Assembly (NCBI GenBank): GCA_963666205.1
Contig: OY762654.1
Span: 2,336,001 to 2,400,000 of the forward strand
DNA: 64,000 nucleotides
Direction of reading: 5' to 3'
Origin: Synergistales bacterium
GTDB taxonomy: Bacteria; Synergistota; Synergistia; Synergistales; JAFGMB01
Shown: one piece after another, positions 1 to 9,778 of the stretch
Position numbering within the stretch: the stretch's first letter is position 1
Layout of the letters: the number at the start of each line of letters is the position of its first letter
The notes under the pieces: model-generated
Databases searched by the model: none
The model's input: the letters and a program-made list of their open reading frames with translations, nothing else
Told to the model about the DNA's origin: nothing
Position numbers and translations under genes: made by a program

Positions 1-811
1 GTTTTTCTTTGTAGACCAGGAAATAGAATACTGCCACAAAGAGAATGCCGCCCACCATGTTACCGAGGGTAACTGGAACCAGATTATGGATGAAACCTCC
101 CCACGTTACTGAGGCCAGTTTTTCTGGTGCCAGGTTTGCTGCAGAGACGATGGCTTCGCTGCCACGTACGAACAGTCCCATAGCCATGAAGTACATATTG
201 GCTATGCTGTGTTCAAAACCTGAGGCTACGAAGAGCATGATGGGGAAGAAACATGCAAATATCTTGCCGATAACGTCTGTGGCAGCCATAGACATCCAGA
301 CTGCGAGTACGACGATCCAGTTACAGAGGAGACCTCGAAAGAATGCCTGCCCCATAGGCAAAGACATCTTCCCAGCGGCTATCTTTAAGGCATTTACACC
401 TACCGGTCCGTGCCAGAGTCCGGTATTATAGATCAGTATAGCAATAAGGATGGAGCCAATGAAGTTAGCGATATATACCCAGAACCAGTTGCGAAGGATA
501 CCCTTCAAGGGGGTACAGCCAGCCAGGCTTCCCAATGGCATCATGCAGTTGCCTGTGAAAAGTTCGGCACCAGCTATAACCACGAGCATGAGTCCGACAG
601 AGAAAACAGCTCCACCCATGAATTTGGTGAAACCCACTCCCATGTATTTTGCCATATCTTGAGTTACAACAGTGCATAAATAACCTGCAAAAGCTATGTA
701 AGCTCCAGCAAGGATTCCCAATATTAACATCTGGGATACTGACCATTTGCTTTTTGCCTGGGATGCGGTACATGCGGCTTTTGCCAACTCGATCGGAGTT
801 TTGAAGCTCAT
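1..811 (-). CDS. fdhC: Formate/nitrite transporter (FdhC/FocA family), 3' end outside the window
   Basis: Not in the ORF track. Manual translation from ATG at 811 (RBS GGAGG): MSFKTPIELAKAACTASQAKSKWSVSQMLILGILAGAYIAFAGYL..., with FNT motifs AELFTGN, GILCNWIV and GFEHSIANM. Lies directly downstream of fdh. Confidence 0.93.
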   Translation of the reverse strand, partial: MSFKTPIELAKAACTASQAKSKWSVSQMLILGILAGAYIAFAGYLCTVVTQDMAKYMGVGFTKFMGGAVFSVGLMLVVIAGAELFTGNCMMPLGSLAGCTPLKGILRNWFWVYIANFIGSILIAILIYNTGLWHGPVGVNALKIAAGKMSLPMGQAFFRGLLCNWIVVLAVWMSMAATDVIGKIFACFFPIMLFVASGFEHSIANMYFMAMGLFVRGSEAIVSAANLAPEKLASVTWGGFIHNLVPVTLGNMVGGILFVAVFYFLVYKEK

Positions 812-858
812 AAGTATTATTCCTCCCTAAAAAAATTGTTTTATAAACTCAAAATGAT

Positions 859-881
859 GGGGAAGGGAACTTCCCTTCCCC
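859..881 (-). terminator. Intergenic stem-loop between fdh and fdhC (weak terminator or mRNA stabiliser)
   Basis: GGGGAAGGGA-act-TCCCTTCCCC perfect 10-bp inverted repeat with only a short, delayed U tract. Confidence 0.5.
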
Positions 882-907
882 TTATGATTGGAGCCTAATC
901 TTTTTCT

Positions 908-3727
908 TTATGCTTTTTCAGCATTAACACTGCAGACCTTGGAGTCGTGAGTATCGGAATCCAGGATGATGGTATGTGGGGCAGGTATTTTACCTGAATT
1001 CTCTTCGGTAACTTTTTCTATATTAACAGCACTTATCTTGTAGGCAGGAGTGTCTGAATCCGGATCGGTGACCGCTGCTGTCAGCACATTTGCAGAAGCT
1101 TCACTGAAATGGAAGGGAAGGAATATCATCCCTGGTGCTACACGGTCTGTGATCTTTGCTTTACCTTCCACAGTTCCACGACGGGAGGTTACACGAACGG
1201 TTCTGCCTTCTTCTATGTTTATCTCCAGTGCATCCTCAGGGTTGATCTCCACATAGAGTTCCTTGATGAACTCAGCGGGTGAACTGCGCCTGGACATGCT
1301 TCCGGAATGGTAATGGTAAAGAAGTCTTCCTGTAGTTGCGAGGAATGGATAATCATCATCCGGCCACTCGTGGGGAGCCTGCCATTCACAGGGAGAGAAG
1401 TAGCCTTTACCATTGGGTCTGGCAAATTTAGTCGTGTGAAGAATGGGCGTTCCCGGGTGATCCGGTGTAGGACATGGCCAGGCCAGGGAACCTTCTTCAA
1501 GGCGAGAATAGCTTATCCCCGCGTAACTGGGAGTGCATTCCGCAATGGCTTCAAAAACCTCAGATGAACTGTTGAAGTTCCATGCCGCTCCGAATCTCTG
1601 GGCGAGATCGGTAAGGATTTCCCAGTCTGGACGAGCTTCTCCAGGTGATTCAACAGCTTTGCGAACCCGCTGGACAGCACGTGTGGTATTAGTAAAAGTT
1701 CCGTCCTTTTCTCCCCAGCAGGCAGCAGGAAGGATTACGTCAGCCATCTGTGCTGTTTCGGTAAGGAATATATCCTGTACTACGAGAAGATCCAGATTGC
1801 CCAGGCAATGTCTGACATGATTTGTATCAGGATCGGTGACCATTGGATTTTCGCCCATTATGTAGAGTGCTTTTAATTCTCCCTTACCTGCACCTTCCAT
1901 CATTTTCATGACGGTAAGCCCTGGGTTGGATGGGATATCTGCTCCGTTCCAGAGAGAGTTCATCTTTTCCCGAATATCGGAATCCGTAACTTTCTGGTAA
2001 CCCGTAACAACATTCGGAAGGCAGCCCATATCACAGGCTCCCTGGACGTTATTCTGTCCCCGAAGCGGGTTGACTCCTGTACCAGGACGGCCAAGCATGC
2101 CGCAGAGCAGAGCCAGATTCGCAAGGGTACGGACGTTATTGGTGCCGGTAATATGCTGTGTAATGCCCATTGTGTAGAATATGGCGGAGTTTGGTCCCTG
2201 TGCATAGATCCTTGCGGCCTTTTCTATCATAGCAGAAGGGATGCCGGTAATTTCGCTGGTTCTTTCTGGAGTATATGTGCTCACCATTGATTCGAGTGCT
2301 TCGAAATTCTCTACTCTTTCTTCTACAAATGCTTTATTGTGAAGATTGTCCCTGAGGATGACATGCATGATCCCGTTAATAAGAGCCACATCAGTGCCGC
2401 TTTTCTGGCGGATGTGTATATCTGCACGTTCTGCGAGTTCGATCTTACGTGGGTCACAGACGATCAGCTTTGCTCCGTTTCGTGTTCGCTCCTTGATCCA
2501 TGATCCTATAACGGGGTGCGTTTCTGTAGTGTTCGAGCCAATGACAAAGATAACATCGGCTTCTTTGATAGATTTGAAATCATTTGTCATTGCACCGCTT
2601 CCGAGGGTCTCAACGAGACCCTTGACTGTGGCACTGTGTCACAAATGGGCACAATGGTCAACGTTGTTTGTTCCGATCACCTCTCTGGCCATTCTCTGTA
2701 CCAGGTAGTTTTCTTCGTTTGTGCAGCGGGCAGAGGAGAAGAAACCTATTGAATCAGGGCCAAAATCTTTCCTGATATTATCCATTCGACTTACGATAAA
2801 GTTCAGGGCTTCGTCCCAGGTAGATTCGTGAAAGGCTCCATCTTTCCTGATCAGAGGCTGGGTAAGTCTATCCTCGCTGTGAACGAACTGCCATGCGAAT
2901 CTGCCTTTTACACAGCAACGGCCTTCGTTCAGGGATGTTTTACTCGAATAGTCGGTTTTGACATTGGCTATTCGGCCGGTTTTGTCGTTGACCTGGATAT
3001 TAAGTTCGCAGCCTACACCACAGTAGGAGCAGATGGTTTTGACAGAAGACATTTCCCAGGGGCGGCCTTGTCCCATAGCTGTTTTTTCAGACAGGGCACC
3101 CACAGGGCACATCTGAACACACTGTCCACAGAAAGTGCAGTCTGAGTGTTCCAGGTCGACCCCTACCGGTGTCTGAACCATTGTTTTTATACCCCGGTTC
3201 TGGAAGTCTATGGCATGATACTGGGCCAGACTGTCACAGGTCCGTATGCAGCGGCCGCAAAGGATACACTTGTTAAGATCCCTTACGTAGAAGGGATTGG
3301 CATTTTCCAGGGGATAGTTCCTGCAAGTGTCGCCTTCATCGGCAAAACGGGATTCCTTGATCCCAAGTTCGTAGGCTACATCCTGTAGTTCACACTTCCC
3401 GTTGCTCGGGCAGGAGAAACAGTCCAGGGGATGTCTGATCAAAATAAGTTCAACTACAGCCCTTCGAGCCTCTATTACTCGGTGGGAATGGGTATAAATA
3501 ACCATTCCTGAAGCAGCCGGGGTTGTGCATGAGGGGAGGAGTTTGTTGCTTCCTTCCAGCTCAACGAGACATACTCTGCAGGCTCCGGCTGATTTAAGGG
3601 CCGGGTGGTCGCAGAGTGTGGGGATATGAATGCCGTTAGCCCGGGCAGCCTGCAGGATTGTCATGCCGGGCTCGGCAAAGATCTTCTTGCCATTTATTAT
3701 CATTTCGATACCTTGCATGGTTTCCAT
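908..3727 (-). CDS. fdhF: Selenocysteine-containing formate dehydrogenase alpha subunit (Mo/W-bisPGD) with N-terminal NuoG/HydA-like Fe-S domains, 939 aa
   Basis: ORFs 2639..3727 and 908..2590 are in frame, separated by one TGA (2639-2641). Read-through gives [29 protein letters not shown], the FDH active-site motif. Also CSYCGVGC, PLRGQNNVQGACDMG and a SECIS-like hairpin. Confidence 0.96.
2604..2622 (-). promoter_or_regulatory. Bacterial SECIS element of fdh
   Basis: AGGGUCUC-GUU-GAGACCCU, an 8-bp stem after a 16-nt spacer 3' of the UGA, with a GU-containing apical loop. Confidence 0.85.
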
Positions 3728-3737
3728 TACCTCCTAT

Positions 3738-5531
3738 TTAGTTTCGGGAAATGGCCGTCACAGGACAGGCCTCTGCGCAGGCGCCGCATTTGATACACTT
3801 TTCCGTATCGATCCTATGTGGTTTCTTTACTTCTCCCGAAATGGCCTGAACTGGACAGACCCGGGCGCATTTAGTGCAACCAATGCATTTTTCCGGGTCT
3901 ATTACATAGCTTGTAAGGGCTACACATGCACCGGCAGGACATCTTTTTTCATAAATGTGGGCTTCGTACTCGTCCCTGAAGTACCTGATAGTAGTGAGTA
4001 TAGGGTTGGGAGCGGTCTGACCAAGTCCGCAAAGAGATGTTTCTTTAATCATTTTTGCCAGATATTCAAGTTTCTCGATGTCACCCGGGACACCTTTCCC
4101 CTCTGTCATGCGGGTAAGGATATCGAGCATTTTTTTTGTTCCTTCCCTGCATGGAACGCATTTACCGCAGGACTCGGCCTGGGTGAACTCCAGGAAAAAC
4201 TTTGATACATCGACCATGCAGTTGTCCTCGTCCATTACGACCAGGCCACCTGAACCCATTATTGCCCCTACCTCTGCAAGGGACTCATAGCTTATGGGTA
4301 TATCTAGATGTTCCTCGGTAAGGCATCCTCCGGAAGGTCCGCCGATCTGGACAGCCTTGAATTTCTTGTCGTTCAGGATCCCCCCGCCTATCTCCATCAC
4401 TACCTCGCGAAGGGTTATCCCCATGGGTACTTCAACAAGTCCTGTATGTTTTACCTTCCCCGTCAGTGCAAAGACCTTGGTCCCCTTGGATTTTTCCGTG
4501 CCCATGGAGGCATACCACTCCCCTCCATTACGAAGAACGGGGGGAACGTCGGCCCAGGTCTCCACGTTGTTGATGTTTGTGGGTTTGCCCCATAGTCCGC
4601 TAACTGCGGGGAAGGGGGGTTTAGGTCTTGGCATACCTCTCTGTCCCTCGATGGACCCCATGAGGGCGGTCTCTTCACCGCATACGAAGGCACCTGCTCC
4701 CTCCTTGACATGGAGATCGAAGGAGAAGTCCGTTCCAAGGATGTTCTGTCCCAGAAGGCCGTATTCCTCGGCCTGTGCGATGGCAGTATTGAGATGTTTT
4801 ATGGCAAGGGGATACTCGGCTCGACAGTATATGTAGCCTTCGTTGGCGCCCATGGCGTAGGCTCCGATAAGCATGCCTTCGATGACCGCATGGGGATCTC
4901 CTTCCAGGATCGACCTGTCCATGAATGCCCCCGGGTCGCCTTCGTCAGCATTACAGATGACATACTTCTTGTCGCCCTGAGATTTAGCGCAGAAGCTCCA
5001 CTTGAGACCGGTGGGGAAGCCGCCGCCTCCACGGCCCCTGAGCCCCGAGGTCTTTACTTCTTCGATGACATCACCGGGTGTCATTTCTTTAAGAACCTTT
5101 GCCAGGGCCACGTAGCCGTCACGGCTGATATATTCATCTATGCTGTCCGGATTAATGTAACCACAGTTGGCAAGGGCCACACGGTGCTGCTTCCCGTAGA
5201 AGGGGATATCCTTGTAATGGGGAACCTTGGGTTTTTCCTCGGTCCCTGTGTAGAGAAGGCGTTCCACTATCCTTCCCTTGTAAAGATGTTCCTCTGTTAT
5301 TTCGGACACATCTTCAGGTGATACCCTGCAGTAAAAGGTACCTTCAGGATACACAACAACGATGGGACCCATCTCGCACATTCCATGACAACCGGTGGGT
5401 ACAACAAGGATCTCATCGGAGAGACCCTTCTTTTCGATCTCCGATTTGAATTTTTCTATGACTTCATGGGAACCGCTGGAAGCACAGCCGGTTCCGGTAC
5501 ATACAAGAACATGAGATCTGTAGATCGGCAT
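3738..5531 (-). CDS. nuoF: NADH/FMN-binding subunit, NuoF/HydB/HylB/HndC type
   Basis: N-terminal thioredoxin-like 2Fe-2S domain, GLRGRGGGGFPTG, CNADEGDPGAFMDR, GAGAFVCGEETAL, SCGKCVPCREG and a C-terminal 2x[4Fe-4S] domain. Confidence 0.95.
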   Translation of the reverse strand: MPIYRSHVLVCTGTGCASSGSHEVIEKFKSEIEKKGLSDEILVVPTGCHGMCEMGPIVVVYPEGTFYCRVSPEDVSEITEEHLYKGRIVERLLYTGTEEKPKVPHYKDIPFYGKQHRVALANCGYINPDSIDEYISRDGYVALAKVLKEMTPGDVIEEVKTSGLRGRGGGGFPTGLKWSFCAKSQGDKKYVICNADEGDPGAFMDRSILEGDPHAVIEGMLIGAYAMGANEGYIYCRAEYPLAIKHLNTAIAQAEEYGLLGQNILGTDFSFDLHVKEGAGAFVCGEETALMGSIEGQRGMPRPKPPFPAVSGLWGKPTNINNVETWADVPPVLRNGGEWYASMGTEKSKGTKVFALTGKVKHTGLVEVPMGITLREVVMEIGGGILNDKKFKAVQIGGPSGGCLTEEHLDIPISYESLAEVGAIMGSGGLVVMDEDNCMVDVSKFFLEFTQAESCGKCVPCREGTKKMLDILTRMTEGKGVPGDIEKLEYLAKMIKETSLCGLGQTAPNPILTTIRYFRDEYEAHIYEKRCPAGACVALTSYVIDPEKCIGCTKCARVCPVQAISGEVKKPHRIDTEKCIKCGACAEACPVTAISRN

Positions 5532-5545
5532 AATTCCAGACCCCC

Positions 5546-5923
5546 CTAGTCAGCTTTCCCAATGGCAAGATCTTCCACGATCCTGCCGTTGACGACATGT
5601 TCAGCTATGATCCTGCTGACATCCTCTTTCCTGACATTCCCGTAGGTTATTCTTTCCTTACCGGGGATTATGACATCAAGAAGGGGTTCCTGCTGGCACA
5701 TTCCGATGCAGCCTGTGGTCTGGACAGACACGTCATGGATGCTTCTTCTTTCAAGTTCCCTGAGAACTTCGTCCATTATCTCCCTGGCTCCTGCTGCTAT
5801 GCCGCATGTACCCATTCCAATAACAACGGTCTTGTTGCCGGTACTTCTTGTCGAGGTCAGATCACCGCAGGATTCCTTGATCTTACGGAGATCGTCAAGA
5901 CTCTTGATCTTAGCCATTGCCAT
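5546..5923 (-). CDS. Thioredoxin-like 2Fe-2S ferredoxin subunit (HndB/HydD-like)
   Basis: GMGTCGIAAGA and TGCIGMCQQEP motifs; sits between the nuoE-like and nuoF-like genes. Confidence 0.9.
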   Translation of the reverse strand: MAMAKIKSLDDLRKIKESCGDLTSTRSTGNKTVVIGMGTCGIAAGAREIMDEVLRELERRSIHDVSVQTTGCIGMCQQEPLLDVIIPGKERITYGNVRKEDVSRIIAEHVVNGRIVEDLAIGKAD

Positions 5924-5928
5924 CCTCC

Positions 5929-6399
5929 TTACTCGAACTTGTCAAGTATTCCCTGAACTTTGTCAGGGGTAAGCCTTCCGAAGGTCTGGTCATCTACCAC
6001 CATTACAGGAGCGAGGCCGCAGGCTCCCAGACAGGCCACTGGCTCGATGGTGAAACGAAGATCATCGGTAGTTTCGTTTTCCTGGATACCTGTTATGCCT
6101 TTGACCCTTTCCAGGATTTTAAGGCTCCCCCTTACGTGGCAGGCAGTTCCTCTGCAGACCCTGATCACGTGTCTTCCACGTGGAGACAGGTGGAACTGTG
6201 CGTAAAAGGTGGCAACGCCGTAGATCTCGGCAGTCGGGATCTTGAGTTCCCTGGAAACGGTACGCATTGCCTCTTCCGGCAGATAACCGAAATAACCCTG
6301 GATCTCCTGAAGAATGGGGATAAGCCCGCCCTTCTTCTCCTTCCAGGGCGATACGATCTCTTCCGTCTTCTGCACAAATTCTTCTTTCGTGTACGCCAT
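5929..6399 (-). CDS. nuoE: 2Fe-2S subunit, NuoE/HydC/HylC/HndA type
   Basis: YGVATFY, VCRGTACHVRG and ACLGACGLAP motifs. Confidence 0.95.
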   Translation of the reverse strand: MAYTKEEFVQKTEEIVSPWKEKKGGLIPILQEIQGYFGYLPEEAMRTVSRELKIPTAEIYGVATFYAQFHLSPRGRHVIRVCRGTACHVRGSLKILERVKGITGIQENETTDDLRFTIEPVACLGACGLAPVMVVDDQTFGRLTPDKVQGILDKFE

Positions 6400-6629
6400 G
6401 TTTTCCTCCCCCTTGAAACAATTTAGGTGTAATAAAGATATTTCTATAACTTGAAGCCTGGAGATCCTGTTTTATCCCAGTTTTCCAGGCAATTAAATAT
6501 CGGGATCTATGGGTACTCTCAAGTCTGTTCTTCGTGGAGGGTCAAGCCTTGGTTCCCAATGTTCCGGAAAGCATACTTTTCTGAATAAACAGACATAAAA
6601 ATTATTAAATTCACAAGCATACCCGAGCG

Positions 6630-6677
6630 ATAGTATCACGACGTAATTGTATATACAACTATGTATATATTATACAT
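6630..6677 (-). promoter_or_regulatory. Sigma70 promoter of the fdh operon with tandem GntR-like palindromes
   Basis: Minus strand TTGTAT-17 nt-TACTAT with extended -10 TG. Palindrome TTGTATATACAA (6647-6658) overlaps the -35; a second inverted repeat ATGTAT-N5-ATACAT lies at 6661-6677. Confidence 0.55.
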
Positions 6678-6889
6678 AATTCAACGATTATATTTTGTTC
6701 ATGGAATACAAAGGGAGGGTCAAAGAATTCCTGAAATATTTCAGATATCTATGGAATCTAATGGGAAATAACTCTGTATATTTCCCTAGTATTCCTTATT
6801 ATTCTGGTCTTGGTATAATTAACCTGACAAATAAGTAAACAAGATTGGGGTTGAAGTATCCTTTTCTAAAAAAATTAAGGAGGTATAGG

Positions 6890-8701
6890 ATGAAAAACAG
6901 GGCGTTGTTAATATCAATTATGATCATAGGTTTCCTGTCATTGTTTCCCTGTTTGTCTGTTGCCGGAATGGGAGATATACAAAGTTTCACTTATACAGGT
7001 CTGAATCAGGACCTTTTAGGGAAGAACGGCAGTTATAACCCCGACGGATCACCTGATGGCATGTTTCATGTTTCTATTTCAGGAGTAGGTGCCATAGCCG
7101 GATTTTCCATCAGATCCCAGGAGAGTGGAAGAGCCTGGAACTCTGCACCGGATCCGGGAGAATGGTCTCTTCTGGTGATTGATACAAGTGGAAAAAAACT
7201 GAACGATGGTGGAGGTTTTTCCATAATTCCATTTCTTCTCAGCTCAGAATTTGATCTTTATATAGCTGACGACGGCCATTTAACTTCAACAACAGATACG
7301 TATATTCTGGAAGTCAAGTACATAGATGGTTCGTCTTCGTCTTCCAAGGTCGTTATTCAATCTTCTTCCGGAGGTGTTTCCGGGACCCATGAGCCCTCGG
7401 GGTTTAAAAGATCTATCGAAGCCCGGTTAACAGGTTTTAGCGAAACAGATCTTGCCGGACCCAATGAAATACTAGCTCCTGATGGTGCCAGGGATGTAAG
7501 GGTAAAAATGAAAATCTGGCAGAGTGGAGTGATCACTTCTATAACGGTTAAAAGTAGAACCGGGAGATTCTCCATCTGGGATACAGAACCTTTAAATGGG
7601 AAATGGTCCATAGTAGTGGTTAAGGATGGAGAAATACGTAATTCAACAGATGGTTCAATTTTACTCCAAGTTTCAGAAGGCACTGAATTAGACATGTTCT
7701 TTGCTGACAATGGTTCTGTAAAAGCCGGGGATACAACCTATGAAGTCATTGTAGTCTATAAAGATGGAAGAAGGGACTCAGTTCCGTTGAGATCAGAAGG
7801 AGAGATCCTGGAAGAAAAGAAACCTTTTACAGCTATATTGTACGGGAAGTCCGGAGTAGAATCGAAACCTGGAATCCCCGACATACTGACCTTCGAGAAT
7901 GACTATACCTCTGCTTCCGAGATAATATCCGGAAATGGTGAACCAGACTGGGGGATCCAGTTCAGGGTGAATATGGCCACTTCCATAATATCTTTTAAAA
8001 TTGAAAATATTGATGGTGAGTACGGAATCTGGGATACCCTCCCACAAAATGGAAAATGGCTTATTGTTATAACTGATGAATATGGGAAGATCCTTAACGA
8101 AAGTAACGGGAGTGTTGATCTGAAGATCTCCTCTCCACTCACACTCTGGTTATGGTTTACGGATACCGGAGCCATGGGTAGAGGTAAGACGCGTTATCAG
8201 GTCGGAATTATGACAGGAAAGGGAGAGACCTATTCTGTTCCGCTGGAAAAATATTCACCCCTGGTATCGGTCAGGAAACCGGAAATGATCAAGGTGGAGC
8301 CTCAGCCTGTATTCAAAGCAAGATATCTGGGAGTTGGAGATAAGGATTTTGTAGGCAGATATGACAGATTAAAAAGTGATGGTTCCAGAGATACTAAGAT
8401 GAGAATCTTTTTAGATAAACTGGATAGCCGGATAGATGAGATAGTACTGAAAGATACAAAGGGTAAAAATCTTGTCTGGGATACGATTGCGGGTAATAAA
8501 AGGTGGTCAATTATGGTAACTACATCAGGTGGTACACCCCTTAATTCAACTGATGGAAGTGTCTCAATCCCTGTAAAAGGTCCAAAGACACTGAACCTTT
8601 GGGTTGAAGATAACGGTAACCTGAAGAAGGGGGATATACCCTTTGAAATCCAGTTAAAACTTAAGGATGGAAGGATTCTGAAAACACCTGTCCTCAGATG
8701 A
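6890..8701 (+). CDS. Secreted hypothetical protein made of four tandem ~120-aa beta-rich repeats
   Basis: RBS AGGAGG before ATG 6890; signal peptide; four repeats carrying DG..D, WDT.P.NGKW, N..DGS and DNG motifs. Confidence 0.85.
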   Translation: MKNRALLISIMIIGFLSLFPCLSVAGMGDIQSFTYTGLNQDLLGKNGSYNPDGSPDGMFHVSISGVGAIAGFSIRSQESGRAWNSAPDPGEWSLLVIDTSGKKLNDGGGFSIIPFLLSSEFDLYIADDGHLTSTTDTYILEVKYIDGSSSSSKVVIQSSSGGVSGTHEPSGFKRSIEARLTGFSETDLAGPNEILAPDGARDVRVKMKIWQSGVITSITVKSRTGRFSIWDTEPLNGKWSIVVVKDGEIRNSTDGSILLQVSEGTELDMFFADNGSVKAGDTTYEVIVVYKDGRRDSVPLRSEGEILEEKKPFTAILYGKSGVESKPGIPDILTFENDYTSASEIISGNGEPDWGIQFRVNMATSIISFKIENIDGEYGIWDTLPQNGKWLIVITDEYGKILNESNGSVDLKISSPLTLWLWFTDTGAMGRGKTRYQVGIMTGKGETYSVPLEKYSPLVSVRKPEMIKVEPQPVFKARYLGVGDKDFVGRYDRLKSDGSRDTKMRIFLDKLDSRIDEIVLKDTKGKNLVWDTIAGNKRWSIMVTTSGGTPLNSTDGSVSIPVKGPKTLNLWVEDNGNLKKGDIPFEIQLKLKDGRILKTPVLR

Positions 8702-8740
8702 TACTTTGGAGTTGCCATATCCTCACCAGGTGATCTTTGG

Positions 8741-8775
8741 GGGGAGATCCGAATCCATAGAGGATCTCCCCTTTT
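8741..8775 (+). terminator. Rho-independent terminator
   Basis: GGGGAGATCC...GGATCTCCCC followed by TTTT. Confidence 0.7.
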
Positions 8776-8826
8776 CAGATATTGCCCCTTATTTTGATAA
8801 TCAAATGATTGAAGGGAAAATCTTTT

Positions 8827-9750
8827 ATGAGAATAAGACTTGTTCTCTTGTTTGTTATAACATCTTTTTTCTTGATTTCCAGTCCTATCTCGACCTGTAC
8901 TGCCGCGTCAGTCGAATTTTCAGCTCCTGAAAAAACAGGTCTCGGAGAGCCTTTTCTTGTTAAGTTTGAAAGTGATACTGAACTGACAGGACTTGAAATT
9001 TCATGGCAGGAAGAAACCTTTTACCCTGAAGTAATAAGGAAGGGAGATGATTATCAGGCTTTTCTGATTCTTGGAAGCGATACGAAAGATGTTATTCCAG
9101 GTATTCATCTGCTTAAGGTAAGGGGACAAAGTGTGGATGAAGAGATCTGTTTCAGCTGGCAGATCCGGATCCTTGAAAAAATTTATCCTGTTGAGTACCT
9201 CAATGTTGAGGTTTCCATGGTGACCCCTCCCGGGGAGGTTCTTTCCAGGATCAAGCATGAAAAGATTGAGATAGAAAAGGCCCTTGAAACCAATACTTCG
9301 AGCAGATATTGGAGACTTCCGTTTTCAAGACCTCTGGAAGGGGATTTTACAAGTACATATGGAAAAAGGCGTTTTTTTAATGGCCTTTCAAGAAGCCGAC
9401 ATGGAGGGGTTGATATCAGGGCAGCCAGTGGGACTTCTGTAAAAGCTGTTTCTGATGGTACGGTTATATTGACGGGTGATCATTATTTTGCAGGGAAAAG
9501 CATTTATATTGATCATGGTAATGGGTTAGTTTCCATGTATTTCCATCTTTCCAGAATAGATGTTGTCCCTGGTCAGAAAGTTCTAAAGGGAGACAGACTG
9601 GCCCTTTCGGGATGTACAGGAAGAGTTACAGGTCCTCATCTTCACTTCGGGGTCAGTGTGAAAGGTGAAATGATAGATCCTGTTCCTCTTTTCAATATGG
9701 ATGTGGAAGGATTTATCTCTTCGAACCGTACTATGATATTCACACCATAA
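8827..9750 (+). CDS. M23 family metallopeptidase
   Basis: Signal peptide, HGGVD, IDHGNG and TGPHLHF motifs. Confidence 0.92.
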   Translation: MRIRLVLLFVITSFFLISSPISTCTAASVEFSAPEKTGLGEPFLVKFESDTELTGLEISWQEETFYPEVIRKGDDYQAFLILGSDTKDVIPGIHLLKVRGQSVDEEICFSWQIRILEKIYPVEYLNVEVSMVTPPGEVLSRIKHEKIEIEKALETNTSSRYWRLPFSRPLEGDFTSTYGKRRFFNGLSRSRHGGVDIRAASGTSVKAVSDGTVILTGDHYFAGKSIYIDHGNGLVSMYFHLSRIDVVPGQKVLKGDRLALSGCTGRVTGPHLHFGVSVKGEMIDPVPLFNMDVEGFISSNRTMIFTP

Positions 9751-9778
9751 ATCAATTCAGAAATGAGATGAAAACAGG

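Noticed and set aside
45-773. ORFs 45..431, 410..679, 450..662 and 465..773
   Set aside because: Antisense or off-frame shadows of the formate transporter gene.
3605-6426. Long plus-strand ORFs opposite nuoF/hndB/nuoE
   Set aside because: Antisense shadows of conserved genes with no motifs or RBS.
6598-6616. Possible Rex box (TTGTGAA half-site) in the fdh leader
   Set aside because: The second half-site matches only about 2 of 7 positions.
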